Assembly: GCF_001949145.1 (NCBI RefSeq)
Contig: NW_019091359.1
Span: forward strand, 1,810,540 to 1,874,539
Origin: Acanthaster planci
Taxonomy: Eukaryota
DNA length: 64,000 nucleotides
Reading direction: 5' to 3'
A program made the position numbers and the translations under genes. Position 1 is the first letter of the stretch; each line of letters starts with the position of its first letter. Below, piece after piece: positions 1-11,500 of this stretch. The notes beneath the pieces are model-generated. The model worked only from the letters and a program-made list of their open reading frames with translations, ran no database searches and had not been told where the DNA came from.

Positions 1-134
1 GAGGAACTGTTCCATGAGTCACAGAATGAAAAAGTGGCATAATGTACATGTACATTAATAGAAAAGGCTTTTTAGTTTGGAGAGGGGAACATAATGACAC
101 CATATCAACTGTCGACAGCACTGTTCCTTCTGTA

Positions 135-978
135 ACATGGCATGAGGATGCGATGGCAGGATGATGTGAGGGCAAAACAATGCGACAGCACAACAATGCA
201 ATGGCATGACAATGCGACAACACGACAATGCAACGGCACAACGATGTGATGACACGACGCAACTATGCAGTGGCATGATGCGACTATGCGATGGCACAAC
301 ACGATGATGCAATGGCAAAACAATGCGACAACACGACAATGCGACGGCACAACGATGTGATGGCACAACTATGCGTTGGCATGATGATGCGATGGCAAAA
401 CAATGCGACAGCACGACAGTGCGACAATGCAGTGGCATGACAATGCGATGGCACAACGCTGTGATGGCACGACTATGCGTTGGCATGATGATGCGATGGC
501 AAAACAATGCGACAGCACAACAGTGCGACAGTGCAGTGGCATGACAATGCGACTATGCAATGGCACAACGATGTGATGACACGACGCAACTATGCAATGG
601 CATGATGCGACTATGCGATGGCACAACACGACGATGCAATGGCAAAACAATGCGACAACACGACAATGCGACGGCACAACGATGTGATGGCACAACTATG
701 CGTTGGCATGATGATGCGATGGCAAAACAATGCGACAGCACGACAGTGCGACAATGCAACGGCACAACGATGTGATGGCACAACGATGTGATGGCACAAC
801 TATGCGAATGCATGATGATGCGATGGCAAAACAATGCGACAGCACGACAGTGCGACAGTGCAGTGGCATGACAATGCGACTATGCAATGGCATGACGCGA
901 CTTTGCAATGGCACAACACAACGATGCGACGGCATGATGATGCAATGGCACAACGATGCGAGAGTGTGATGATGCAAC
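135..978. repeat. Degenerate 8-bp-unit satellite (atgcgaca/gcacaacg/atgtgatg type) with a 327-bp higher-order repeat
   Basis: Marker GGCAAAACAATGCGACA at 171, 314, 394, 498, 641, 721, 825: spacings 143, 80, 104, 143, 80, 104. Confidence 0.9.
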
Positions 979-1699
979 GTAGTGTTGGACTCTTTTCCCC
1001 ATGAAAAAAGAATAAACAAATGTGCCATAGGTTTCAAAAGGAAAAGGGAATTTTTAATCCCGGTATTCAATTAAACATTGATTAAAGTAACATAAATTGA
1101 CATTGATTAAAGTGTGACTTTCTTGCATATTTAAAAATGATATTTATTTTTCATGTATTTGACTGTCACACATTGCTTTTTTTTTTTAAAAACAGTCGCT
1201 CAACCAATACCAAAGGCACGTAATTGATCAATCATGATTGTATGCGTGTGTGACACAGACTTCACAATGTTGAACTGGTCTTGTTTTATGCACCAGCCTG
1301 GGAAACTAACAAAAGTGCAGTGCAGGCCAAAAGTATGGGGCGCCATCAGGGCCATAATTAATATTTTACAAAACGAATGCTCCAAATAAAAAAAAGCTCA
1401 AAGTTTAAAAACAAACGAAAGAAAAGGTCCATAAATAAAGGACATCGATAAAGTGAAAAAGATAAATTAAAAACAAATGACAGAAAAATGAAGCAGAGTT
1501 CTGAATCCTGATTTGCAAACAGCATTTGCGAACTAAACGATGCAAACCTCAAACGATCAGAAAAAAGGAAAGGACAAAATAAAAGAATAAAAGCACAGAA
1601 ATAAATAATAAAAGCACAAAACCAAAGGATCTAAAGAAAAAAAACGATCAATGGACAGAGTCAAACGATCAAAGGAAAAAACAAAATGAACTAAATTAA

Positions 1700-1822
1700 A
1701 GCGAACGTTGAGGGCGGCAATTGCTGGCGCTATGATGACGGTGAGCGTAAATCCGATCTCGAATCCAGCATGTCAAACACACACTAGTAACTGCTTTCCT
1801 GTGTGATTCACACACACCTAAG
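1700..1822 (+). promoter_or_regulatory. Candidate XPOT promoter / non-coding first exon (start approximate)
   Basis: Local CpG-rich patch ending at a strong donor AAG|GTAAGG (1823); coding exon 1 has an upstream acceptor, so a 5' non-coding exon is expected somewhere upstream. Confidence 0.3.
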
Positions 1823-2105
1823 GTAAGGTACTGTACGTATGCTCATAGCTCAGGTTTGCTCGTGGAATTTGCCAAGACTTGATTTGGTTCAGCTCCAGGA
1901 AGTACATGTACACATGTAGTAGCGGCTGTGCGAAGAACTTTCTAGCAGGGCGTGTGAGCTAGTTACATGTTATTTTAAATAAAATCCAAATCCAGCCTTG
2001 GGAGTACTCCACAGGTTACATTGTGGTGATTTTATACACTATCCGATGCACGTACATGTACCTTAAACCACAACAACCGACTGCTAGGAGTTCTTTCCCG
2101 TCATT

Positions 2106-2900
2106 NNNNNNNNNNNNNNNNNNNNNNNNNNNNNNNNNNNNNNNNNNNNNNNNNNNNNNNNNNNNNNNNNNNNNNNNNNNNNNNNNNNNNNNNNNNNNNN
2201 NNNNNNNNNNNNNNNNNNNNNNNNNNNNNNNNNNNNNNNNNNNNNNNNNNNNNNNNNNNNNNNNNNNNNNNNNNNNNNNNNNNNNNNNNNNNNNNNNNNN
2301 NNNNNNNNNNNNNNNNNNNNNNNNNNNNNNNNNNNNNNNNNNNNNNNNNNNNNNNNNNNNNNNNNNNNNNNNNNNNNNNNNNNNNNNNNNNNNNNNNNNN
2401 NNNNNNNNNNNNNNNNNNNNNNNNNNNNNNNNNNNNNNNNNNNNNNNNNNNNNNNNNNNNNNNNNNNNNNNNNNNNNNNNNNNNNNNNNNNNNNNNNNNN
2501 NNNNNNNNNNNNNNNNNNNNNNNNNNNNNNNNNNNNNNNNNNNNNNNNNNNNNNNNNNNNNNNNNNNNNNNNNNNNNNNNNNNNNNNNNNNNNNNNNNNN
2601 NNNNNNNNNNNNNNNNNNNNNNNNNNNNNNNNNNNNNNNNNNNNNNNNNNNNNNNNNNNNNNNNNNNNNNNNNNNNNNNNNNNNNNNNNNNNNNNNNNNN
2701 NNNNNNNNNNNNNNNNNNNNNNNNNNNNNNNNNNNNNNNNNNNNNNNNNNNNNNNNNNNNNNNNNNNNNNNNNNNNNNNNNNNNNNNNNNNNNNNNNNNN
2801 NNNNNNNNNNNNNNNNNNNNNNNNNNNNNNNNNNNNNNNNNNNNNNNNNNNNNNNNNNNNNNNNNNNNNNNNNNNNNNNNNNNNNNNNNNNNNNNNNNNN
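2106..2900. other. Assembly gap (N run)
   Basis: Run of N. Confidence 1.
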
Positions 2901-4862
2901 ACTTTATACATGTACCATAACAACCGACTGCTAGGAACTTCCCAGTCAAGGATGATTCCTGCTTGCCTTCCTTGGATGCAGAAAACGCTGTGTCCCACAT
3001 CACAGCCGTCAACAACTGTTTGGCAAAAGCCACCATTTGAACATATATGTCTCTCACTGCACAGCATGTGTGCAAAGATGTTATTTAATGTACAGAGATG
3101 TGTGGATACAAATGTACACGTATGTATGCTTGTATAATTTGTATTTATGCCAAGTAGGAGTCATCCCAGGCAATTGTACATGCCATAATATGAAGCTCCA
3201 AAGATGTGCTCTGCCATGTGGCTTATGACGTCTGCATCAATCTGCCTTTGAATCCGTCCCCCCGAAGAACAGGAAATCAAATTTGCCAGCTGTAAAGCCG
3301 GCTGAGTTTTTCCGCTGATCAACAACTTCCTGAGAGATATCCTGACCGGGATCCCATGGAAGTGGGAGGGAAGGGCTGAAATGGCCAGTGCGTGTGAAGT
3401 TTTTCATTAGAGTGATACCTGGGGATTTACCATCCTACCAAGTTCAGGGCCTGTTAAGGGTGGAGTCATCGGTGTCACGACAGTGAAGCATGCAGCCAGG
3501 CTTACACATGTAGCACAGTCACGTCTGTGGGGACTGAGATTGCCAGAGAAGGTTGGAGAATATCTTGAATATACAGTACCTGTACACATACTGTAAATCA
3601 TGTACATTTGTACTGTACATGTACATTAAAAATTTATGCACAAGTATCCCTCCTTTTGCTGTAACCATCAAAAACAGTAAAAAAATTCCCCTCCTTTTGA
3701 TTTCCCCCAAGTACACAGACACATATGGGAAATTTGACTGGTTTTGACTGATGTCCAATCAGTGTGTCAAGAATGTGGCTTTGCATAGGGATACTGTATA
3801 TACATATATGTACTTGTGCCTCGACAAAGGACTACCTGCTCTGGCACATGTACATGTATTGGCCACAATGGCCAGTGAACATGACACTGACGCATATTAA
3901 ACTTATTCTAAGCCATTTTCATGTTTTCATCAGGGTCAGAGTATCCAGTAGGCACAGCAGCTGTACCAAGGGCTGATGTTCATGTGGGGCCTACATGTAC
4001 ATGAACGAAAGATTTGAAGGCCTGTGAAAAACGCCAGCACCAGAAAATGTAGTTTTGAAAGGTTTAGCATCTTTGTTTGAAGTTTTGATTTGAGAAAGCC
4101 TCCGAGTGACCAGTACAATACAGCTCAGGGTCAACCGTCAACGTGATATTTGACATCCTTGACAAGTGCTGTAAATTAACGATGGCTGGTACATTGGGGG
4201 CAGTAAAGCCTGTGTACAGTTGAACCTCGTTAAGCATTTTGTTTTTATAAGCAGAATGTTGTATAAATTAACAATCCTCCTGTCTACATGTTTGAGGTTT
4301 GACTGCACAGTATGTGTAAACTACACGTAGGCCCAATGATACAGGCAATCCAGCCCTTTTGAACACACTTGTCCAGATTAGGAAATCTTTACATGTACAC
4401 GTGTGTTGCCCCAACTCGTACCTCAACTTTGAAAACCCCAAAATATTTAGTGAATACGAAAAATAATGTATTGTTTTGAAAAGATGGTTATAGAGTAGTT
4501 ATTCATGATCTACTTTTTTGTGAAAGTCGGGAAGTGCTGATGAAAAAAGTTGTGATATTTGATGCATTTTGTTGATAAAAGACATGTTTACCCAACTTAC
4601 CCGTAAGCTGAGTGACTTGCATGCTTAAAGTAGCTACAAACACACGCAAACAACCAAGAACACTTATCATCAAGACCTTTTGATTTGATTTAAGAGTTGA
4701 GAAAGTTGGAATGATGGGAAGTCACAATGTAAAGTTTGCTATGACACCAAGTGCACTTGTATCTTGTTTGTAAATTTGGTTCTCAAAAAGAGCTGAGTAA
4801 ATCGACATTAGAGTTTTTGTGTCTCTTGTTTCATGTAGCATATTCCAACTTGCCACCAAGTC

Positions 4863-5247
4863 TAGGGCTGTGCCAGTTGTTTAAATATTTGATCAACTAT
4901 CAAATATTTATTTTTTAAATTGAATATTCGTTCGGGTAGGTGAAACTTAGTTAAATGAAAAAGGAAAAAAGAATTTGATAAAAATGATAAGGCCAAATAT
5001 GTACATGGACCTTTACTTCAAGTTTTTTTTTATGTTTTGCTTTCACCCGTTGTGGTGTGGGAACTCAGTCGGACTAAAGGAATAAATCACTCATTTAGAC
5101 TGAACATCAGTTGGACTCCCAGCCTCCTCCAACTTGGGGACACACCCATGTCCTCAAAATTAATGAGTTAGACCACCACACAAATGTGCATGATCGGTTG
5201 AATATTTGCATATAGTATATTCAGTTATTTGAATTGGCACAGCCTTG
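4863..5247. mobile_element. hAT-like MITE with TAGGGCTGTGCC-type terminal inverted repeats
   Basis: TAGGGCTGTGCCAGTT ... AATTGGCACAGCCTTG with GAATATT-type subterminal motifs; no clean TSD. Confidence 0.6.
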
Positions 5248-5459
5248 CACTGTACAAGGTTTTGTAACGTACAACGTACTGTTACAGGTGTTGATAGAGG
5301 AAGATCACCAGGGGTAACAAATGACTCCACCCATTCTCTGATTCGATTTGGTCCGTTGTTGAGTGACTCTGTGGTGTGTGCTTGTCTTTCATTCTCTGTA
5401 GTCTGTGGAACAGATGTTATGACAGTGCCGGGTACCAGGGAGGACGGACAGAGGGTGCC

Positions 5460-5519
5460 ATGGATGAGCAAGCCTTACAAGGACTGGGGCCTCTAGCCGA
5501 CCAGGCCAGTCATGCCAGG
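5460..5519 (+). CDS. XPOT: XPOT coding exon 1 (MDEQALQGLGPLADQASHAR); exon probably begins at 5402 with 58 nt of 5'UTR
   Basis: gccATGG Kozak context; peptide matches the XPOT N-terminus MDEQALxGL; donor GTAAGA at 5520; upstream acceptor ctttcattctctgtag ends 5401. Confidence 0.93.
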
Positions 5520-8500
5520 GTAAGATTGATGACACGCGCCAACAGCGGCCCCTAACCTGCCGACTAGGAAGAGCCTGTGCCGCCACACGGGGGAAGCCTG
5601 TGGTTTTTTTTGCGATCCCAGTCGAGTCATCGGCGGCAGTGGGACCGCAGCGCTGGTGCTGCACAGGCTCGGCCAGTCAGGGTTGAGCGTTGTAAATGCT
5701 TAAATGGAGCAGTTGAGAAATCACACAATTTTTGGCAGCGTTGGTTCACATCAGGTCAAAGTGGTGGTAGATTTGCCATGTCATTTGGTCCTCTAACTTG
5801 CTAATGCTTTTGCTGACTCAGTGAGCTATGTTCCCTCTTGCTAAAGCTGTCTTGCCCATGTTTACTTGTACAGTTGATGTACCCACACAGTGAACAGTTT
5901 AAAAGGATTATGTCTAGCTTTTCAGAGTTTTTAAGTTCAGAGTTTTCATTCCCAAATTTGCTTAACAAGAACAGCATGGCAGGGAATCAAATCATGAGCA
6001 AATGCATACATCCCCTGGCAATTTGGCCAGGATTAGCAAAATGTTTCCACCCAGAAAACTCACTTTGCAGTGTCGAGGTAAAGCAGTGCCCTGGCACCCT
6101 CGCAAGGCCCGTATTCGTCTGCTGCTTTCAATCAACTTGGAAGTCTTCCAGTCATTCAGGGTCATGCCAAGAAATTAACCAGTCCGGATCGGGGAAAGAG
6201 TACATGTACTGGGGAGCCAGCATGGTCATATGGGAGATTGTTACATGTAGTTGACTGCAAGGGAACAGGAACAAGGGAAACACGGTGAAAAACCCCAGCG
6301 AGATGTTGACTTCAGTCAGTTGTGTCCCACTTCCTTTCATAAATCTGGTCATAAATTATGGTTAGGTTCCTCTGGTTCAACTCTGCCTTCTCAAGTACAT
6401 ACATGTACATACATGTTCGGTGGGAATTTTGTGGGTTCCTCTGTCATGTTGGGCATGCTTACCTGTACCTGTACGCCAGGATGTAATGAGTCCAGGCTGG
6501 TCCCCTGGGCTCATAAACCCCCTAAAATTGTGAAGTTAGGCACCAAGGAACTGAATTTAACCCAGTTTTCACCATTTTTTTTTTACTGTAACACATTTTG
6601 CATGAGTCATGGTTTGTGCTGGTATTTATCACTCGTCTCCGCAACCCTCAAGGTCCCTGTGCGCCTTAATCCATGGGTCACATGATCCCAGCTGTATATT
6701 TTTCCCGATCCTGGCTTGGGATGATCACCGTTGTTTTGTGAGATACATCGTGATCTACTCCACGCCCTGCTCGTTTTGTTTGAAGTCAATCCCCAGATTA
6801 CGTCTTGAGTCACTGGGAGCAGTGCTGTTGTTGAGTCGCTGTCACTCCTTGCTGGAATGCAGGCAGAGAAGTGTCCACCTATCATTTCTTCTGCGTTTCC
6901 TGCTGGGGTCCGGAACATCCCGACAATACCTTTGGGGAATGTTTGGCACTGCATAAATTGTGATTGATGATTAGAATTTGGCTGTGCATTTTTTGAGAAC
7001 AGAACATGATGAACTGTTGCAAAGTCTTGTACGTGGTCGTTGTGATTGCTTTCTGCAAAGGTTCTACATTGTGCTTCTGAAATTATCGTTTTGTTTGAGC
7101 CTATTCCCGTCCACTGATACAAATGAGTGGAGACGATTCTGCTGTGTTCTTTCAGAGGTTCATTCATATGCAAAAATCTGTGGAAACCCGTGGCAGAAGT
7201 TTTACTACATTACGAGAGAGAAGACATCGGAGGCAATCCGAGTGGGATTGAACTTTCTACTTTTCAACGTCTACAGCATTTGGGCGCCAGTCTCACCAGC
7301 CCATGAGAGACTGATTAAACTTGTCTTTACCTCATCGCGTAGAGGAAAAATCCTTGCCAAAAATTCTACCCACGGGAAACATGTGTTAGTGCTTTAGAAG
7401 GGAAAACGTTAGACTTGGGCACAGAGTGCTCTTGTAGTTGCAGATTGTGTTGTCAGCCCTCACCACGCCTACCACTTAACTTTGAGAACTAGAACTGGTG
7501 AATTATTATTTTTTTTTGGAGACCAAGTCGTTTTCTCTGTGACACTCAAACGCCCTGGCCTTCAAGAGTTCCCGGTCCCTTCACAGTCCAGGCCCATGTT
7601 CATTCTCGACCGGCACCACATCAACAACTACCAAACCTTCCCGCCACCCACCATGGCTTTCTTGCACCTGCCCCCGTTCATTGAGAATGTAATTGCCCCA
7701 AACTCTGTCCCTACGCAGGCCCTGGCCTACTTCGAGCAGCTGAAGCAGTCGGACGAGGGATGGAAGCTGTGCACGGAGGCCGTAACTCAGGGGATGTACG
7801 AGAGCGACCACATCAAGTTCTTCTGCTTCCAAGTCCTGGAGAACTTCCTCAAAACAAGGTCAGTTGGATGTATACAGTTATTCCAGGGCGCAGGTCAGAA
7901 CACTCAAATTTGCCTGTATTTATTGACCCATACTTGTGTCATTTCTGCTTTCTCAGGTACATTTTTGTTCTCATGCCAAATTTAATTAACCAATCCAATT
8001 CTAGAGGTTAGTTAACGCCTCTTCTCACTTCATGCAGGCCCAACCCCTACCCACTCCCTCTAAAAATAAAATATACTTGTTTCAATTCCAGAGCAAATGT
8101 TGTCATCAACTGTCCCAGCTAATCTCTTCCCTTTTCTCTCTCGCACAACTAACCACTTCCCCCTCCCCCAACAAATTAATTTATAACTCTTAGAAAGCTA
8201 CTGGGAAGGAAAAGTAGGACTTAAAAGAAGTGATGCTGATTTACCTGCCCCAGAAGGTTTTAGATGGCACCATGGACGTACAGGCCTGCATGTAGGATGG
8301 CCACAAACACCAAATAGTGCTGGTTTCTATTGGGGTCCTGCAGTGAAAAATTAAGTAAATTAAATTAATTAATTAAAAATTAGAAACTTCAATCACAGAC
8401 ACACGTGTACAGGTGCCTGTGTGATGAACAGTTGTATGTGTACATGTTCATGAGCTTTGTTCAGTTTCGATGTTGTCAAAATGCTGGTGCTTGTGCACAT

Positions 8501-11500
8501 AGCACTTAGCAATTTCATCTCAGTCACAACAAGGCTTTGATGAGATTGCACACTCGTAGACTTCACGTGGTGAGCGTAGACCCGTGGAAATTGATTATTT
8601 CTTGTTTTCGTCTCTAATACATGTACATGGGAGCAGTCTCTCAGCAGCGAGGGTAATGTGCATATCCATTGAAGTATCCATTTGGTGTATTATCGATCAA
8701 TTTGAATACTTGCAGATTGTTCAAGAGGTTTTGAAGGATTTTGTAGGGTTTGGGATGGTAGAACCCAACTGCTGGTGCTGGCAGTACATTTATACACTGT
8801 ATTATAGGGCTGTGCTGAATATCTGAATATTCAATTGGTTATCAAATATTATTTTCCGAATTTAAATATTTGAATGCAAAATTTGTGAAAAGGGAGAATT
8901 TAGATTTGTTTTAAATGAGAAAAATTGCAGTATGGAGGCTTGTTTCAAGCTGATTCAAATGAAAAGCAACAGAAATCTAACGATTCAGAAGTAAATTATT
9001 CATTGAAAAATTGTAAACAGAATAGAAATTTTCAGCAGGGCAAGAAGTATTGTTTGTCTCTTAAATCTTGCTGTAAAATCGTGGCTGGAGATACTCCCAG
9101 ACGTATAAAGCTCCATGTTATGCTTTTATATTGATCATAATGTACAATTTTGTGTCTAATTGCAACTGATTTTTAATATGGTTTGTTCATCAACAATCTG
9201 TTGGTCGTCTCAACCGAATATTGCGATATTCATTCGAACTGAAGGTCGAATATTCGAATAGTGAATTACTCGAATTGACTCAGCCCGACTTTGTGACTTG
9301 ACTCCACCTAGGCTGGAGTTGATCCAGTGCACACTGCCACCAAAGCAACTGTTTCACTTTGCTCAGCAGGCTTCCTAGAGGGAACTGGAGGGGTCAGGGA
9401 TTAAAGAAGTCAAAAAGTGTTGAGAAAAAAGTTCAGATGTACAGAATTTGGGTTTGAAGGTGAACCTTTTGTGAACCTCCAACAGAATTATTCCTCAAAA
9501 GCGAAACAAAACTTAAAACCATTTGCATCACACCTCCATAAAAATTATTTTTGTAATCTTGATATTAGATTCAGCTAAAGTGTGAAGTAATAATTATAAT
9601 GTACGCAGTATGCATGAGTCTCACAGACTATGTACCAGTCCCTTTTGTTGTGTTTCTGCTGATCTGTATACTTTAATACCAGCAGGACTTTGTACTGGAG
9701 ACTTGGTTGAAAATCTGTCCTAGATTCTCCGCTAGGGAGACTAACAAAGAGCCTCGTAATTCCCTAAACCAACTGGTTCTGTTGCTCACACTGACTTCAC
9801 AATAATATCCGTAGGCACCATTACTGTCTTTTCCTTCTTCTTTTTTTTCTGTCGCAAGGCAGGAAATGCAAGATTATTCACCAATTTTCAAGCCGGAAAG
9901 ACGTTTATTATATGTTAAACCCACTTTCTTTTGGACCTGTAGTTTAGACAGATGTACCTTTAATGCATCAATTAAGATTTTGTAACATCACATCCGATAC
10001 TTTAATTGAAAAAAAAAAAACGAAGAGTAAACGGAATTAACTGTCATTAATGAGGAGGAAATTGGGGCTGTTGTCTCATTTAAATTACACGGTGACCAAG
10101 TTTCCAGAAATTGTCTCAAGTCCTGAAATAATTAAGTTTGATTTAAAGGCATCATTACAGGCCGCAGAATCCACGAGTTGATCACACAGAACAGTGGAGG
10201 TGCATAATTGGGTTGAAATGTGTCGGAAAAAGGAAGCTCGCGTGATGAATTGTGGGCGTAAGATTTCAGGAGCCCAAGCCTCTAATTATAATCAGGTGCA
10301 GACAAGCATTTCGTGTACGGTATGGGAAAGCAACCATTCGAATATAGGCTGGAAAAAATGAATTTGGGGTTGCATGTTGATATTGCCTATTTCCCTGACC
10401 CTCCTAATGTTAATATCAGAATTTCTATGCATACATGTGCACACTTTAGGGGGTCTGAGATTCTTAAAGCCAGTTCGGTACTCCCTCAGTGCATGCACAT
10501 CATGAAATAGAGCATAGGTCATTGAGAGTAACTGGTACGCTCAACTGAGGTTGGGTCTGTCAGCAGGGCCACACAGTGATTCACAGGCACGGAGTTGTTT
10601 TTAGCTGCCATGGTTTTGTCCCAGGTGGCCTTGCCTCATTGAAATACAATGTACCCAGTTGGCCTGTAGAGGCTTTGCATGGTAGCCATCTTGCAGGGCA
10701 GTTCTTTTGTTCCACAGAGAAACCTCCTTTGTGCATACCCTGTGGAACAGAAGCACTGGCCTGCAAGATGGCAGCCATGCAAACCCTCTGTTGTGCACTG
10801 ATCCGATAACAGCAGCAGTGAAGACATTCCAGAGTTTTAAACGACTGTCATTTTGTCTTTTTCTCCTCCTTTCAAACAATGCTACATCAGATATTCCACT
10901 GCCATCCCATCTGACCAACAGATCTTGAAGCAGTCGCTGTTACAGTGGCTACAAATGCAGGTAAGAAGTCCAGGCACGACATGACGCCCCCTCCCCCGGA
11001 GGGTTTTCACAACGAAATGGGTCATAATGTAATGAGCACCTTACAAAGAAATGTTGGTGAATATAGTTTCTGACGTAAGTACAGTCGACTGTTGAGACGG
11101 AGCACTCCAATGGCATAATCCAGTCACAAAGAGCCAATTCTGGGGTCCCAAGTCCATTGAAATCTCTTGTTTTCCCTTCTTTTGCAAGTCTTTTGCTGTA
11201 AAACAAGGTTTTGGTGAAAGCAAAGCCCGAAAATCCCCTCAGCCTTTTTTTGGAACGACAGTGATCATATTCTGTGTCCCCATTACAATGCTAATACATG
11301 TACATGTATATTGGATCGTCAGGTTGTAGAGCCACTGAAGGCCAGCACCGGTACATGTACATGTAGTTTTTCTTTCAAGTTAGCATATGAGATTACTGTT
11401 TTGAATTGCAAAAATGCTAATAATTAGCAGTAGAATTGATAATTAAAACATTTCGTGGCCTTAGAAGTAATCTAACATTCTGTGGCACCTGCAGCTGCTT

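Noticed and set aside
55..1070. Cys/His-rich ORFs on both strands, and a CRISPR-like look to the repeats
   Set aside because: They are translations of the 8-bp satellite; there is no constant repeat with unique spacers and no cas genes, and the context is eukaryotic.
2023..3075. Long ORFs of 300+ aa (similar ones at 18249-19258 and 21387-21914)
   Set aside because: Artefacts of reading through N gaps.
5704..5754. Alternative XPOT first exon MEQLRNHTIFGSVGSHQ
   Set aside because: Weak donor and no similarity to XPOT; 5460-5519 fits far better.
6607..7173. 188-aa minus-strand ORF in an XPOT intron (also 47647-48213)
   Set aside because: No recognisable domain or splice structure; consistent with chance.
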